Shown: positions 21,188 to 30,480 of the stretch, piece by piece
Numbering within the stretch: the first letter of the stretch is position 1
Layout of the letters: each line of letters starts with the position of its first letter
DNA from: Nitrospirota bacterium
GTDB taxonomy: Bacteria; Nitrospirota; Nitrospiria; Nitrospirales; Nitrospiraceae
Assembly: GCA_963703955.1 (NCBI GenBank)
Contig: CAVPGK010000017.1
Location: 1 to 64,000 of the forward strand
Length of the DNA: 64,000 nucleotides
Reading direction: 5' to 3'
Made by a program: the position numbers and the translations under genes
The notes under the pieces: model-generated
What the model saw: the letters and a program-made list of their open reading frames with translations, nothing else
The model's database searches: none
What the model was told of the DNA's origin: nothing

Positions 21188-22349
21188 ATGGCTCGTGACG
21201 GCAATCAACGGATGGCGGGGCTGGCCCAATCGGAGATTCGGGCCATGACCTCGGCGTGCGCGCGCGTGAAGGGCATCAACATGGCCCAGGGGGTATGCGA
21301 TACCGGCGTGCCGCCGCCGGTGATCCAGGGCGCGCAGCGCGCGATGGAGCTGGGATTGAACAGCTACACGCGCTTCGATGGTCTGCCTGAGCTTCGACAG
21401 GCGATCGCCAAGAAGTTGGCCGGCCACAACGGCATCACGGCCGACCCGGAGACGGAAATCACCGTAAGCGCGGGCGCCACCGGCTCGTTTCATTGCGCCT
21501 GTCTGGCGCTGCTCAATCCCGGCGAGGAGGTGATCGTCTTCGAGCCATACTATGGGTACCATATCAGCGCGCTGGTCGCGGTGGAAGCCGTCCCCTGCGT
21601 GGTGCGCACGCACGCGCCGGACTGGACCTTCTCGCTCGCTGATGTCGAACAGGCCGTCACGAACCGAACCAAAGCCATCGTCGTGAACACGCCGGGGAAT
21701 CCCTCCGGCAAGGTGTGGAGCCGGCAGGAATTGGAGTGCGATTGCGGACCTCGCCCGCCGACACGACCTGTTCGTGTTCACCGACGAAATCTACGAATAT
21801 TTTCTCTTTGATGGCCGCAAGCACGTCAGCCTGGCCTCGCTGCCGGACATGGCTGAACGCACGATCACGATTTCCGGCTACTCCAAAACCTTCAGCATCA
21901 CCGGCTGGCGGATCGGGTACAGCGTGGCGAAGGAGCGGTGGGCGCAGTTGATCGGGTCGATGAACGATCTCTTGTACGTGTGCGCCCCTGCTCCGTTGCA
22001 GTTCGGCGTGGCGGCCGGGATTCAAGAGTTGGATCAGTCGTTCTACAGTGGGTTGGCTCGCGACTATCAAGCCAAACGTGATCGGTTCTGTCGGGCATTG
22101 GCTCGCGCCGGCTTGCCCCCGTCCGTCCCGCAAGGCGCATACTATGTGCTGGCTGATGTGTCCCGCTTGCCTGGGATCACGGGCAAGGAACGCGCCCTGT
22201 ACCTGCTGGACCAAACGGGTGTGGCGGGTGTCCCCGGTGAGGCGTTCTTTTGTGGTCAAGATGGCCATCGATTCATCCGCTTCAGCTTTGCCAAGACAGA
22301 GACTGATTTAACAGAAGCTTGTCGTCGAATCGAACAGTTGGCCACATGA
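21188..22349 (+). CDS. PLP-dependent aminotransferase class I/II; frameshift near 21740
   Basis: INMAQG, NTPGNPSGK, then DEIYE and SKTFSITGWRIG in the next frame. Confidence 0.9.
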
Positions 22350-22426
22350 CCTGCTCCAAACAATCGTCCAAGGTTCGGCGGCAAGTCTTGCGACATCTCG
22401 CCTCTCGCGCCTGATCAACCTCAGAC

Positions 22427-22835
22427 ATGGACACGCTCCGAATTGAGACGAGCAAGCAGAAGGAAGTTGTTGATCTGACACCGAAGGTCACCGCGCTGAT
22501 CAAGAAACATAAGGTGAGCGACGGGATCTGCCATCTCTTCCTCGTGCACACGACCGCCGCGTTGACGACCGGCGAAGTCGGGGAAGGCACGGAGGAGGAT
22601 CTCCTCGATGTCGTGGAGCAGATGATTCCACGGATTCGCTTTCGACACGCTCATGACCCGATCGCATGCCTGGTCGCATATGGCCTCGTCCATTCTCGGC
22701 CCTTCTCTCATGGTTCCGATCGCAAAGGGCAAGCTGGTCCTGGGCACGTGGCAGTCCGTGCTATTGGTGGAATTGGATGGCCCAAGGGATCGTGAAGTTC
22801 AGGTGACCTTGGTTCCTGCCGTAGAGCCAAGATGA
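22427..22835 (+). CDS. yjbQ: YjbQ/UPF0047 family protein; frameshift near 22661
   Basis: HTTAALT in first frame; LVLGTWQSVLLVELDGPR.R in second. Confidence 0.88.
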
Positions 22836-22845
22836 GGAGGTAAGA

Positions 22846-22871
22846 GAGCCGCCGCCGTCCGGCGGCGGCTC
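22846..22871. terminator. 12-bp perfect hairpin between convergent genes
   Basis: GAGCCGCCGCCG-TC-CGGCGGCGGCTC; no U-tract. Confidence 0.5.
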
Positions 22872-22890
22872 CTCGCAGGGGTCCGAACCC

Positions 22891-23754
22891 TCACGGTTGG
22901 TCCGGTGAGGTCGGGACGATTTCCTGGCTTGACTGATCGTCCGATGAAGGTATCCCAGGGACAGGGTCCGAACTCTGCGCCAGATTGTTCTCATCTCCGA
23001 TCGTTGTTGTGCTCGGCGCAACTGCCTGTTCCGTCTCGAGCCTCACCATTTCTACGTGTACCCGCCGGTTCAGGCGCTGGCACGTCGGCGTCTGATCATC
23101 ACAGATCGTGCTCTCTTTGCCGAGACTGACAACCTTCATCGACGACTCCGGCACACCCAGCTCGACCAAGAATTGCTTGACGGATTCCGCCCGCCGCAAG
23201 GCCAAGGTCCTGTTGTATTCGGCCGGTCCATGCTGGTCGGCATATCCCTGGATCAGCATGGCCCAGTTACCGTCCTTCTTCAGCATCTGCACATGTTGCT
23301 GAAGGGTGGCGGTGGCGTCCGCCCGCAGCCGGCTCTTCCCGAAGTCGAAATAAACATCGGCATGCAGCGATTCCGATTGCATGGGTGTCGCCGTCACCTC
23401 AGGATTCTTCGCCGGTGGGATCGCCGGCGCGGGCGTCGATTGAGAAACCTGCACCGGTTGGGCGTTCGGACCTACAGAGATTGGTGTCTGATCGACCGGC
23501 GAGACCCGCGCCGGTTCGATGATCGTTGCGACAGAACTGTCAGACCCAGCGCGGGGTCGCTGGGAGTAGATGCCATACCCTACGATTCCGATCATGACGG
23601 TGATGACCCCGATCAGTGCCGCCATCTCCTTGAAACCGAACTGATGCCCTCCCTGACTCGTCTCATCTTTCGATCCGGTCACAACCTGGGCGACTCGGCC
23701 AGCGGGCGGGCTGGTAGCGATAGAGATCTGCTCAATAGTCTTTGACATATTCAT
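22891..23754 (-). CDS. Membrane-anchored OmpA/Pal-like peptidoglycan-binding protein
   Basis: One TM, Pro-rich linker, VYFDFGKS, IQGYAD..G..EYN..LA.RRA..VK, NRRV; GAGGAGG RBS before ATG 23754. Confidence 0.88.
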   Translation of the reverse strand: MNMSKTIEQISIATSPPAGRVAQVVTGSKDETSQGGHQFGFKEMAALIGVITVMIGIVGYGIYSQRPRAGSDSSVATIIEPARVSPVDQTPISVGPNAQPVQVSQSTPAPAIPPAKNPEVTATPMQSESLHADVYFDFGKSRLRADATATLQQHVQMLKKDGNWAMLIQGYADQHGPAEYNRTLALRRAESVKQFLVELGVPESSMKVVSLGKESTICDDQTPTCQRLNRRVHVEMVRLETEQAVAPSTTTIGDENNLAQSSDPVPGIPSSDDQSSQEIVPTSPDQP

Positions 23755-23874
23755 ATCCTCCTCATAGATTCCGGTCAGTGACGGTTGATCGTCATGCCAT
23801 CCCTCAGCCGCCTGCCGTGCCGTGCTCACCCCCTTTCGAGTTAGTCGCGGCGGTATGAGCTTGAGCAGGCTTTG

Positions 23875-23890
23875 AGCAACCGAAATGCCA
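23875..23890 (-). promoter_or_regulatory. Sigma54 -24/-12 promoter for the OmpA-domain gene
   Basis: Minus strand TGGCAT-TTCGG-TTGCT, exact GG-N10-GC spacing, about 120 bp upstream of the start. Confidence 0.75.
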
Positions 23891-23960
23891 CTGACCGGAT
23901 CGAAGTGGGAAACAGAAAACCTAGATCGAACGAGGGCTTGCGCAAAGCGCACGATTCAGA

Positions 23961-24013
23961 CGCGGGGAGAGCGATAAGCTTCCGCGCAGGGATGCGGGGA
24001 GAGCCCCGCATCC
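23961..24013. promoter_or_regulatory. Candidate upstream activator sequences
   Basis: GGATGCGGGG-AGAG-CCCCGCATCC perfect inverted repeat (23990-24013); GCGGGGAGAG also at 23962. Confidence 0.4.
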
Positions 24014-24330
24014 GGCACGATTCCGAGATCGGCACTGCAAGGGAAAGTGGGAGCCAGGTAATGTGGGAGAGACCTACGAGCGGGCTGTTAAGGAGTGACC
24101 AACGAAAATCGGCAGAAACTTGGCGTTTATCCAGGCGCCTGTTCTGACGCACCGCCATGAAGATCTGGAAGCTTCGCTGGAGCGTCGGCTGCCGAATTCG
24201 GTCGGCGCGGCTGAGGTTGGCGTCGTCGGTGGCTCCCGGACGTTCCACCATGGTTAACTGGTTTAGCTAAGAACGCGAGCCCAGCGCCATCCTTTCCGCT
24301 GATTCAATAAGGAACCCATCTGTGGATACT

Positions 24331-24752
24331 TCACGGAAGATCTTCGACCCAGCAGACGTGTGTGCTGTAGTGACTACTTTGCAGCGTCTGATAGAATTTC
24401 CGATCCGCCGTCAGCGCCGTTCCCTCCAATTTGATCGCCAGCGCCAGGTAGAGACAATCATAGAGGCTTTGCTTCGTCGAATCGTCAGATCGAACGCAGC
24501 GGGAATTAGAGGTTCATCGGCGTGCCGCCGCAGAGGGGCCTGTCGGAACCCCCGCCAGATATCGTCGGCAGCCGCCTCGCTGATCTCGCCACGCCGTCTT
24601 TTTGTGCACAGGACATTGCCAAGCTCCAAGAGGAGGAAGGCAGGGGCGTGAAGTTGATAGGCTGGACTCCTCAGCCGCAGTGCAGACTCGCTGTGACGTT
24701 CGGGGATAAACCATTTGAGGATGATGCTGGCATCAATGACATACGGCGTCAT
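24331..24752 (-). CDS. vapC: PIN-domain (VapC-like) toxin; frameshift near 24480; no evident antitoxin
   Basis: VIDAS...KW...E.GN in one frame; SLYDCLYLALA...LTADRKF...DLP* in the next. Confidence 0.82.
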
Positions 24753-24827
24753 CCGATGTGAGCAAGCTGCATCCCGCGATGGAATGTACGCGGCGTTCCT
24801 CGCCGTACATCGCCACTGGCACTCCTA

Positions 24828-27632
24828 TTAGGTGCCTTTCCGGTCGAAATAATGATTGATGAGCACCTCCACGGAATGGAAGTGCCGGTCGGGAAGATTT
24901 TTGAAGCGCTTCTTGCAGGCCGTGATGGCTTCTTCCGGGGATTTGAATTCTTGGATCGTCTTGATGAGGTGCTCGTAGTACTCTCGCAACTTCCATTCGA
25001 CGGTCCGGACCAGCATCGGATCGCCGGCCAGCGCAAGGGCCGCTTTGGATTGGTCACCCCCCGCCGCCACCAGAGCCCGAAAGCTCATGCCCTTGAGGCG
25101 TTGCGTCACGGTGCTCCGGTCCCAGCCGAGCGCGCCGGCGGTCTCTTGCATGTCGAATTCGTGTTGACGTAGACAGGCAATGACTGCCATATCGCCGGTG
25201 GCGTCGATCGTCGAGGATTCCCCGCTGGTTGCGTGAACTGAAGCCGTGTGAGCCGGAGATGCGAGGCGCAAGTCTGCTTTTGTGATCACCGGACCTTCGG
25301 CCAGAGCCACCGCTTGCTCCAGGCAATGCTGGAGTTCCCGGATATTGCCTTGCCACGCGTGACCCTGCAGCGCGGCCAGGGCTTCTTGCGACAAAGCTAC
25401 CTTCATCCGACCGACCTGGGCGGCAGCGTCTCGCAAAGATTGTTCGGCCAAGGCGGGGATATCCTGGCGGCGTTCCCGTAACGGGGGTAGCCTGAGCACC
25501 ATGCCTTTCAAACGAAAATACAGGTCCTCTCGAAACCACCCTTCCACGACACCCCGCTGGAGATCCTTGTTGGTGGCGGCCACGACCCGCACGTCGATGG
25601 TGGTGAGCTTGGTATCGCCGACGCGGTGAAACGTCTTGTTCTGTAAGACCCGCAGGAGTTTGCCTTGATGATCCAAACGGAGATCGCCGATCTCGTCGAG
25701 GAAAATTGTTCCGAGGTGAGCTTGCTCAAAGTAACCCTTGCGATCCGTGAGGGCGCCGGTGAAGCTGCCCTTGACGTGACCGAACAGTTCGCTTTCGAAG
25801 AGTTCGGGCGAAATGGCCGCCATGTTCACGGGGACGAAGGGACGATCCGCGCGAGGGCTCAAGCGGTGCACGGCTCGGGCGAACAGCTCCTTTCCTGTCC
25901 CGGGCTCTCCCATGACGAGCACAGAGATCGGCGAGCGGGCTCCTTTCTTAAGATCGCGGAAAAGGCTGAAGATCGTCGCGTCTCGCGAGATGATCCCCAT
26001 CTCCTCGCATTCCTGGCGGAGACGTTCTTGTTCGGTGTCGTCCAACTCTGCCGTTGGGCTGCGCACCGCCCGCAAGCCGGAGAGCTCCTGCTCCAATTGC
26101 TGGAGCCTGCGCCGAGTCGCGTCTTCCTGCGCTTGCGCGTCCTCCAGTTGCGTTCGCAGTTCCTCGGCTGACCGGACCAATTCCTGCTCCTTGCCCGCCG
26201 ACCGCGCCACGGCCAGCCGGGTCGCTTCCAAATCCTCCTCCAAGCCTTCCACGATCGATTCGCGACAGATCAGGGCTTCCCGGGTCGCTCCCAGTTGTTG
26301 CTGGACCTGTTCGATATGGCCTTCGAGCAGGCGAATTCGCTGGCTGGTAGTAAGGTGCATCCACAAGGTGGCCCCACCGGAGGCCAAGGTCATGGCGAAC
26401 AGCGGAAACCACAATGGGAGCACCACGCTGCCGGCCACCAGGAGAAGCACGACGGTTGCGATATAGCCCACTGCCAGCGCAGCAACCCCCGCCAATCCCC
26501 TCCAGCCGCTGAAGACCAAGAGGAGCCACGCGGCGATTCCTGAGAGGATAAGGGCAGACACGTAGGTCGTCATGGGTGAGGCTTCTCGGATCCATCCCTC
26601 CGTCAAAAGCGTATTGACCACATTGGCTTGAACGAAGCCGTCTGAGACGCTCTCCTCAATCGGAGTCTGCCGAGATCGCGTATCGAGTACACCGGGTAAG
26701 AGCATGACGATCTTCCCGGACACCCAGTCTCTGAGTTTATCCGGTTCCCCGCGCTCGATCGCCTCCCACACGTCGAGGAACGATACTGATGGAAAGATCG
26801 GCTGCGCTTCCCGGCCGGTGTATCGGATGAGCATCCGGCCCTGTTCGTCAATCGGAATCGAGAGCCGACGTGTTTGGCCGTCTGGGAAGTGCGCGTCATG
26901 CAGGTAGACGGACCGGCCGGCCTTGATCGTGACCTGCTGCGGAGTCACGTTCAGAAACGCGGTAAGAAGCGCCATCCCGAAGGCCGGCACCGCTCGATCA
27001 TCCACGCGGACATAGAGCGGGACTCTTCGCAGCACTCCGTCCTTGTCAGCGGGAACCATTACGTGGCCGAGTCCCGCGGCTTGCTGCGCGAGCGCCGGTC
27101 GAGGGCCGGTGATCGGAACCACCGACGGAAGTGGCTTCAGTTTGCTCGAGGCCATGATCGGCCAGGTCTGGTGGAGGGAATTGGATACAACCGGCTTGTC
27201 TTTCTTGGTGTCATCAGCGAGCCGGGCATTTACGGGATAGACGACGCGTCCACTCGCACGAGTGGCCTCGATGAGCATCGCATCGCTGGCTGCTCCACCG
27301 CGACCGGGCGGGCTTGACCCGCCGACCTGGACATCAAGTCCTACGACCGTAGCGCCGGCTCGACCCAGCGCTGTCAGAACTCGCGCAAAGAGCGCATGGT
27401 CCCACGCTTCCGTTCCGAAGCGGGCTTCCCCCGCCTCGTCGCGTGTGACGATGACCAACGACGGACTCGGAGAAACAGGCGACCGATGGGTCAGCCAGAT
27501 ATCGTAAAGCGCCCAATCCAGAGCGCTGAAGGTCGCGGGAGCCAGGAGTCGTATGCTCCAGGCCGCCAGCAGAGCCACGAGTGCGATGAGGCTCGCGGTG
27601 GTTCCTCTTGAACGTGAGAGTGATGCCAACAA
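24828..27632 (-). CDS. Membrane-bound sigma54-dependent activator: CHASE2 sensor, 3 TM, coiled coil, AAA+, HTH
   Basis: DKDGVLRRVPL (CHASE2-like), GEPGTGKE, ESELFGHVKGSFTGA, FLDEIG, FREDLYFRL, WQGNIREL, TAGALGWDRSTV. Confidence 0.9.
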   Translation of the reverse strand: MLASLSRSRGTTASLIALVALLAAWSIRLLAPATFSALDWALYDIWLTHRSPVSPSPSLVIVTRDEAGEARFGTEAWDHALFARVLTALGRAGATVVGLDVQVGGSSPPGRGGAASDAMLIEATRASGRVVYPVNARLADDTKKDKPVVSNSLHQTWPIMASSKLKPLPSVVPITGPRPALAQQAAGLGHVMVPADKDGVLRRVPLYVRVDDRAVPAFGMALLTAFLNVTPQQVTIKAGRSVYLHDAHFPDGQTRRLSIPIDEQGRMLIRYTGREAQPIFPSVSFLDVWEAIERGEPDKLRDWVSGKIVMLLPGVLDTRSRQTPIEESVSDGFVQANVVNTLLTEGWIREASPMTTYVSALILSGIAAWLLLVFSGWRGLAGVAALAVGYIATVVLLLVAGSVVLPLWFPLFAMTLASGGATLWMHLTTSQRIRLLEGHIEQVQQQLGATREALICRESIVEGLEEDLEATRLAVARSAGKEQELVRSAEELRTQLEDAQAQEDATRRRLQQLEQELSGLRAVRSPTAELDDTEQERLRQECEEMGIISRDATIFSLFRDLKKGARSPISVLVMGEPGTGKELFARAVHRLSPRADRPFVPVNMAAISPELFESELFGHVKGSFTGALTDRKGYFEQAHLGTIFLDEIGDLRLDHQGKLLRVLQNKTFHRVGDTKLTTIDVRVVAATNKDLQRGVVEGWFREDLYFRLKGMVLRLPPLRERRQDIPALAEQSLRDAAAQVGRMKVALSQEALAALQGHAWQGNIRELQHCLEQAVALAEGPVITKADLRLASPAHTASVHATSGESSTIDATGDMAVIACLRQHEFDMQETAGALGWDRSTVTQRLKGMSFRALVAAGGDQSKAALALAGDPMLVRTVEWKLREYYEHLIKTIQEFKSPEEAITACKKRFKNLPDRHFHSVEVLINHYFDRKGT

Positions 27633-27646
27633 GGGCGTGAGTGAGT

Positions 27647-29050
27647 TCAGGGCGATATACCGGATTCGGATTTCGCGTTGCGCGTTGCCTGCTGGCCGTT
27701 CTGTTGCATGGCCGAGATTTCTTTCATGAGCGCTTTGGCGTGCTCACCCGGAACGTTCCTGAGCAGACTGGTCGCCTTGCGCAAGTCTTGCGGCACGCCG
27801 AGGCCATGGGAATAGACTCGCGCCAGCGTCAGGCGAGGGCCCGGCAGTCCTTCTTCAGCCGTAGTCTTCCAATACGCCAGGATCCGTCCGTCGTACGGCT
27901 CGACCTGGCCTTCCACCCCGTGCGCGTACAGAGTTTCGAGCATGGATTGCGCCTGATCACTGAGCGCGTAGGCCTCCCGGATCAGCATCGGGAGCGCTTC
28001 CTTGGCTCGACCAAGTCTGAGCAGGCTCACGCCTACACTCTCTTCCGCGTTCTGCGCAGTCAGGTCGGGAAATTGGCGCCACAGTTCTTTGCGAAAGTCC
28101 GCGAAGGCACTGAGCGCGGCGCGACCTTCCTCGGGTGAGCGGGTTCCTTTAAGAAGGGCCACACGACGCAGCTGCGCGAGCGCTTCTTTCGCCTGCGTCA
28201 CGTCTTCCTCAGCCGCTCGGAACCACCACTCGATCGCCGCAGGGAGATTCCGCTCTACCCCAAGACCGGACGCATAGGCGGCCCCGACAAAGTACTGGGC
28301 TTTGGGTAACCCGGCGGAGGCGGCGGTCAAGAACTCGTACGCCGCGTCCGCATCTCGGTTCGTCAACTTGAGGATCAAGCCTACACTGTAGTGAGCATCG
28401 GCATAGTCCGGCCTGAGCCGTAAGACCTCGCGATAGGCTTCAATCGCTCCCGCGTGGTCCCCCAGTGTATACCGGACCGCACCGAGGTTGTAGTGCGCCA
28501 GGGCGAGATCGGGTTGTAGTGTAATCGCAGCTTGCAGCTCCTCGCGCGCGCGGACCCACTCGTGCTTCGCCATTAAGGCGGTGGCCAATTTCAGGCGTGC
28601 GTCAGCCAAGGTGGGCTCCAACCGAATCGCTTCTTGATAGGCCTCGATAGCATTATCGAGGTCGCCTGCCTGGTAAAGAGCGGACCCCAGATCAAGACGC
28701 GTCCTTGCCACATCCGGGTGTCGTCGAATTGCCTCCCGCAATTCAACAATCGTGCTGATCAGGTCGCCGGTCGAGGCCTGCGACGCGCCTTGAACGGGCT
28801 GTGTGACGCTTGGTCCAAGATCAGCCTGTGACGTATCCGGAGTTTCGGTACTGGTCTGCCCCGATTGAGAATCCTGGGTTAGTTCAGGTGAAGGTGGTGT
28901 TGAATCACCGAGGGGTGTGCTTTTTTTCGGTTCAACGGCCTCGTATTGAGTTGAAAGGTCATCCGACGCGAGCACCAGGGTGTATTGGAACCCTGCCGCC
29001 GACAGGCCTAAAAGGATGAGTCCTGCCGCTGAAGTCCATTCCCTGTTCAT
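27647..29050 (-). CDS. Exported TPR plus Sel1-like repeat protein
   Basis: N-terminal hydrophobic signal, 4-5 TPRs, Sel1 units AQYFVGAAYASGLGVERN..A..WW and Y.HGLGVPQD. Confidence 0.85.
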   Translation of the reverse strand: MNREWTSAAGLILLGLSAAGFQYTLVLASDDLSTQYEAVEPKKSTPLGDSTPPSPELTQDSQSGQTSTETPDTSQADLGPSVTQPVQGASQASTGDLISTIVELREAIRRHPDVARTRLDLGSALYQAGDLDNAIEAYQEAIRLEPTLADARLKLATALMAKHEWVRAREELQAAITLQPDLALAHYNLGAVRYTLGDHAGAIEAYREVLRLRPDYADAHYSVGLILKLTNRDADAAYEFLTAASAGLPKAQYFVGAAYASGLGVERNLPAAIEWWFRAAEEDVTQAKEALAQLRRVALLKGTRSPEEGRAALSAFADFRKELWRQFPDLTAQNAEESVGVSLLRLGRAKEALPMLIREAYALSDQAQSMLETLYAHGVEGQVEPYDGRILAYWKTTAEEGLPGPRLTLARVYSHGLGVPQDLRKATSLLRNVPGEHAKALMKEISAMQQNGQQATRNAKSESGISP

Positions 29051-29172
29051 AGCGCTCCCGTGATCTTGCAGAGCATAGCAGGGATTATACCATTCACAAC
29101 ATCATCTCCCACCGTCTTTGCCAGAGCGGCATGACAAGACAATCGGCGCGACACACGGTTCTATTCGTTCGG

Positions 29173-30030
29173 TCAACGGGTGCAAAAGTGGAGAGGATCT
29201 CTGAGGTTTTGCAGCTCTCGATAATAATACAGTGGAGCAGGCCGTTTTTTCTTGAACCTCAGCTTTCTTAGAAACTCGATTTCTTCGGTGGTAGCATCTC
29301 CGCTGAGAGAAGTATCCTGAAGAAAGTTTTTGAAGCCCGGCTCTTCGTCCAAAGGTTGTTCAGGGTCTATTTGAGTAAACTCAAATTTTTTAACGTGCCC
29401 TGGAACCACCCTCCGGTTTAGGACGATTTGCATATCAAAAGTCGTGAGGTCGATGTCCCAGGATTCGATCAGCGGATCCAAAAAGGAGACGCAGTTTTCA
29501 TTCGACAGGTTAAAGATATTCGTATCCAAGAACTCGAGAACGATGACCCGCATCTGCTCATAGCTTCGGTGGGTGAGTCGAGCCACCCGGCGGAGCCAGT
29601 GTTTACTTTCTAATTCTTGTTTGGCGACTCCCTTGACCACGTCCAACAGCTTCTGGGTGACGAAGCGTTCGAGTTCGCCGAAGGGCTGCCTCTCAAAAAT
29701 GGCGCGTATGAATGTTTGTTTATTAGGATGGCTTTTGCAGAGAATCAGCTCGCGAACTTCTTTAAACAAGGGGCTGAGCGGGTCCCCCAATTTTTTCTTT
29801 AATTGTTCCCGACGGTGGAGGTCAGCCAGCTTCGCAAGCTCACCGTTCCGGAGCTTCAACAATTTGCCCATCTTGTCGTAAATGTCGGTCCGGTTAGGCA
29901 CGGGGGGCAGTTTTTTCTGAGTCAGTAGCTGTGAAATGTACGATTCCGTTACTTGGGCGGCACGCGCCAGGTCTCTCTGCTCAAGCCCCAGTTCTTCCAG
30001 CCGCTGCCTAATCACTAAAGAAACATCCAC
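29173..30030 (-). CDS. XRE-family HTH transcriptional regulator with large C-terminal domain
   Basis: LGLEQRDLARAAQVTESYISQL HTH; lower GC than upstream genes. Confidence 0.85.
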   Translation of the reverse strand: MDVSLVIRQRLEELGLEQRDLARAAQVTESYISQLLTQKKLPPVPNRTDIYDKMGKLLKLRNGELAKLADLHRREQLKKKLGDPLSPLFKEVRELILCKSHPNKQTFIRAIFERQPFGELERFVTQKLLDVVKGVAKQELESKHWLRRVARLTHRSYEQMRVIVLEFLDTNIFNLSNENCVSFLDPLIESWDIDLTTFDMQIVLNRRVVPGHVKKFEFTQIDPEQPLDEEPGFKNFLQDTSLSGDATTEEIEFLRKLRFKKKRPAPLYYYRELQNLRDPLHFCTR

Positions 30031-30049
30031 TGGATAACCCCCCTATGAT

Positions 30050-30137
30050 TTAACCTTATTAGGTTAATAATTTAGACCCATGAGGAATATCTCACATTAG
30101 GCTTGACATCGCAAGTTAATTAACTGATACTGGTTAA
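30050..30137. promoter_or_regulatory. Divergent control region: two TTAAC-N8-GTTAA operators and a sigma70 promoter
   Basis: TTAACCTTATTAGGTTAA (30050-30067), TTAACTGATACTGGTTAA (30120-30137); TTGACA (30103)-17 bp-GATACT (30126). Confidence 0.75.
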
Positions 30138-30248
30138 ACGAGAATGGAGGAGTATACAAAAACATTCGGATAGTCTAAACCAATGCAGGTTATCTGAGGC
30201 TCACACTTTAACCGCCCCAGCCAGGAGGTTGCTCGAAAACGAAGGGGA

Positions 30249-30331
30249 GAGCCCCGCTGACTGTCCTATCCCTCGCGCGCCTTGATTCCTCCTTGCGCGA
30301 CCGATTCCCCAGTCTCCGCCGCTTCGACGCC
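30249..30331 (+). ncRNA. Candidate structured C/U-rich leader RNA motif, copy A
   Basis: Aligns with 40867-40953 (minus); nested stems GAGC/GCTT, GACTG/CAGTC, TCGCGC/GCGCGA. Confidence 0.5.
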
Positions 30332-30480
30332 AGAGTCCCAGGTGTGGTGACACTTTTAATTGTGACGAGCCCCAAGGGAGGGCCTCAGATGGTGCCCTTC
30401 TGATCAGAAGATCGCTTATGCGTCGGATCCACTGAATATTAAGGAAACCCTCGAAACGACAATACTGAGGAGTAGGAACA

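Noticed and set aside
5490..22670. Programmed frameshifting in selO, the aminotransferase and yjbQ
   Set aside because: No slippery heptamers seen; scattered single-base indels throughout the window point to sequencing error.
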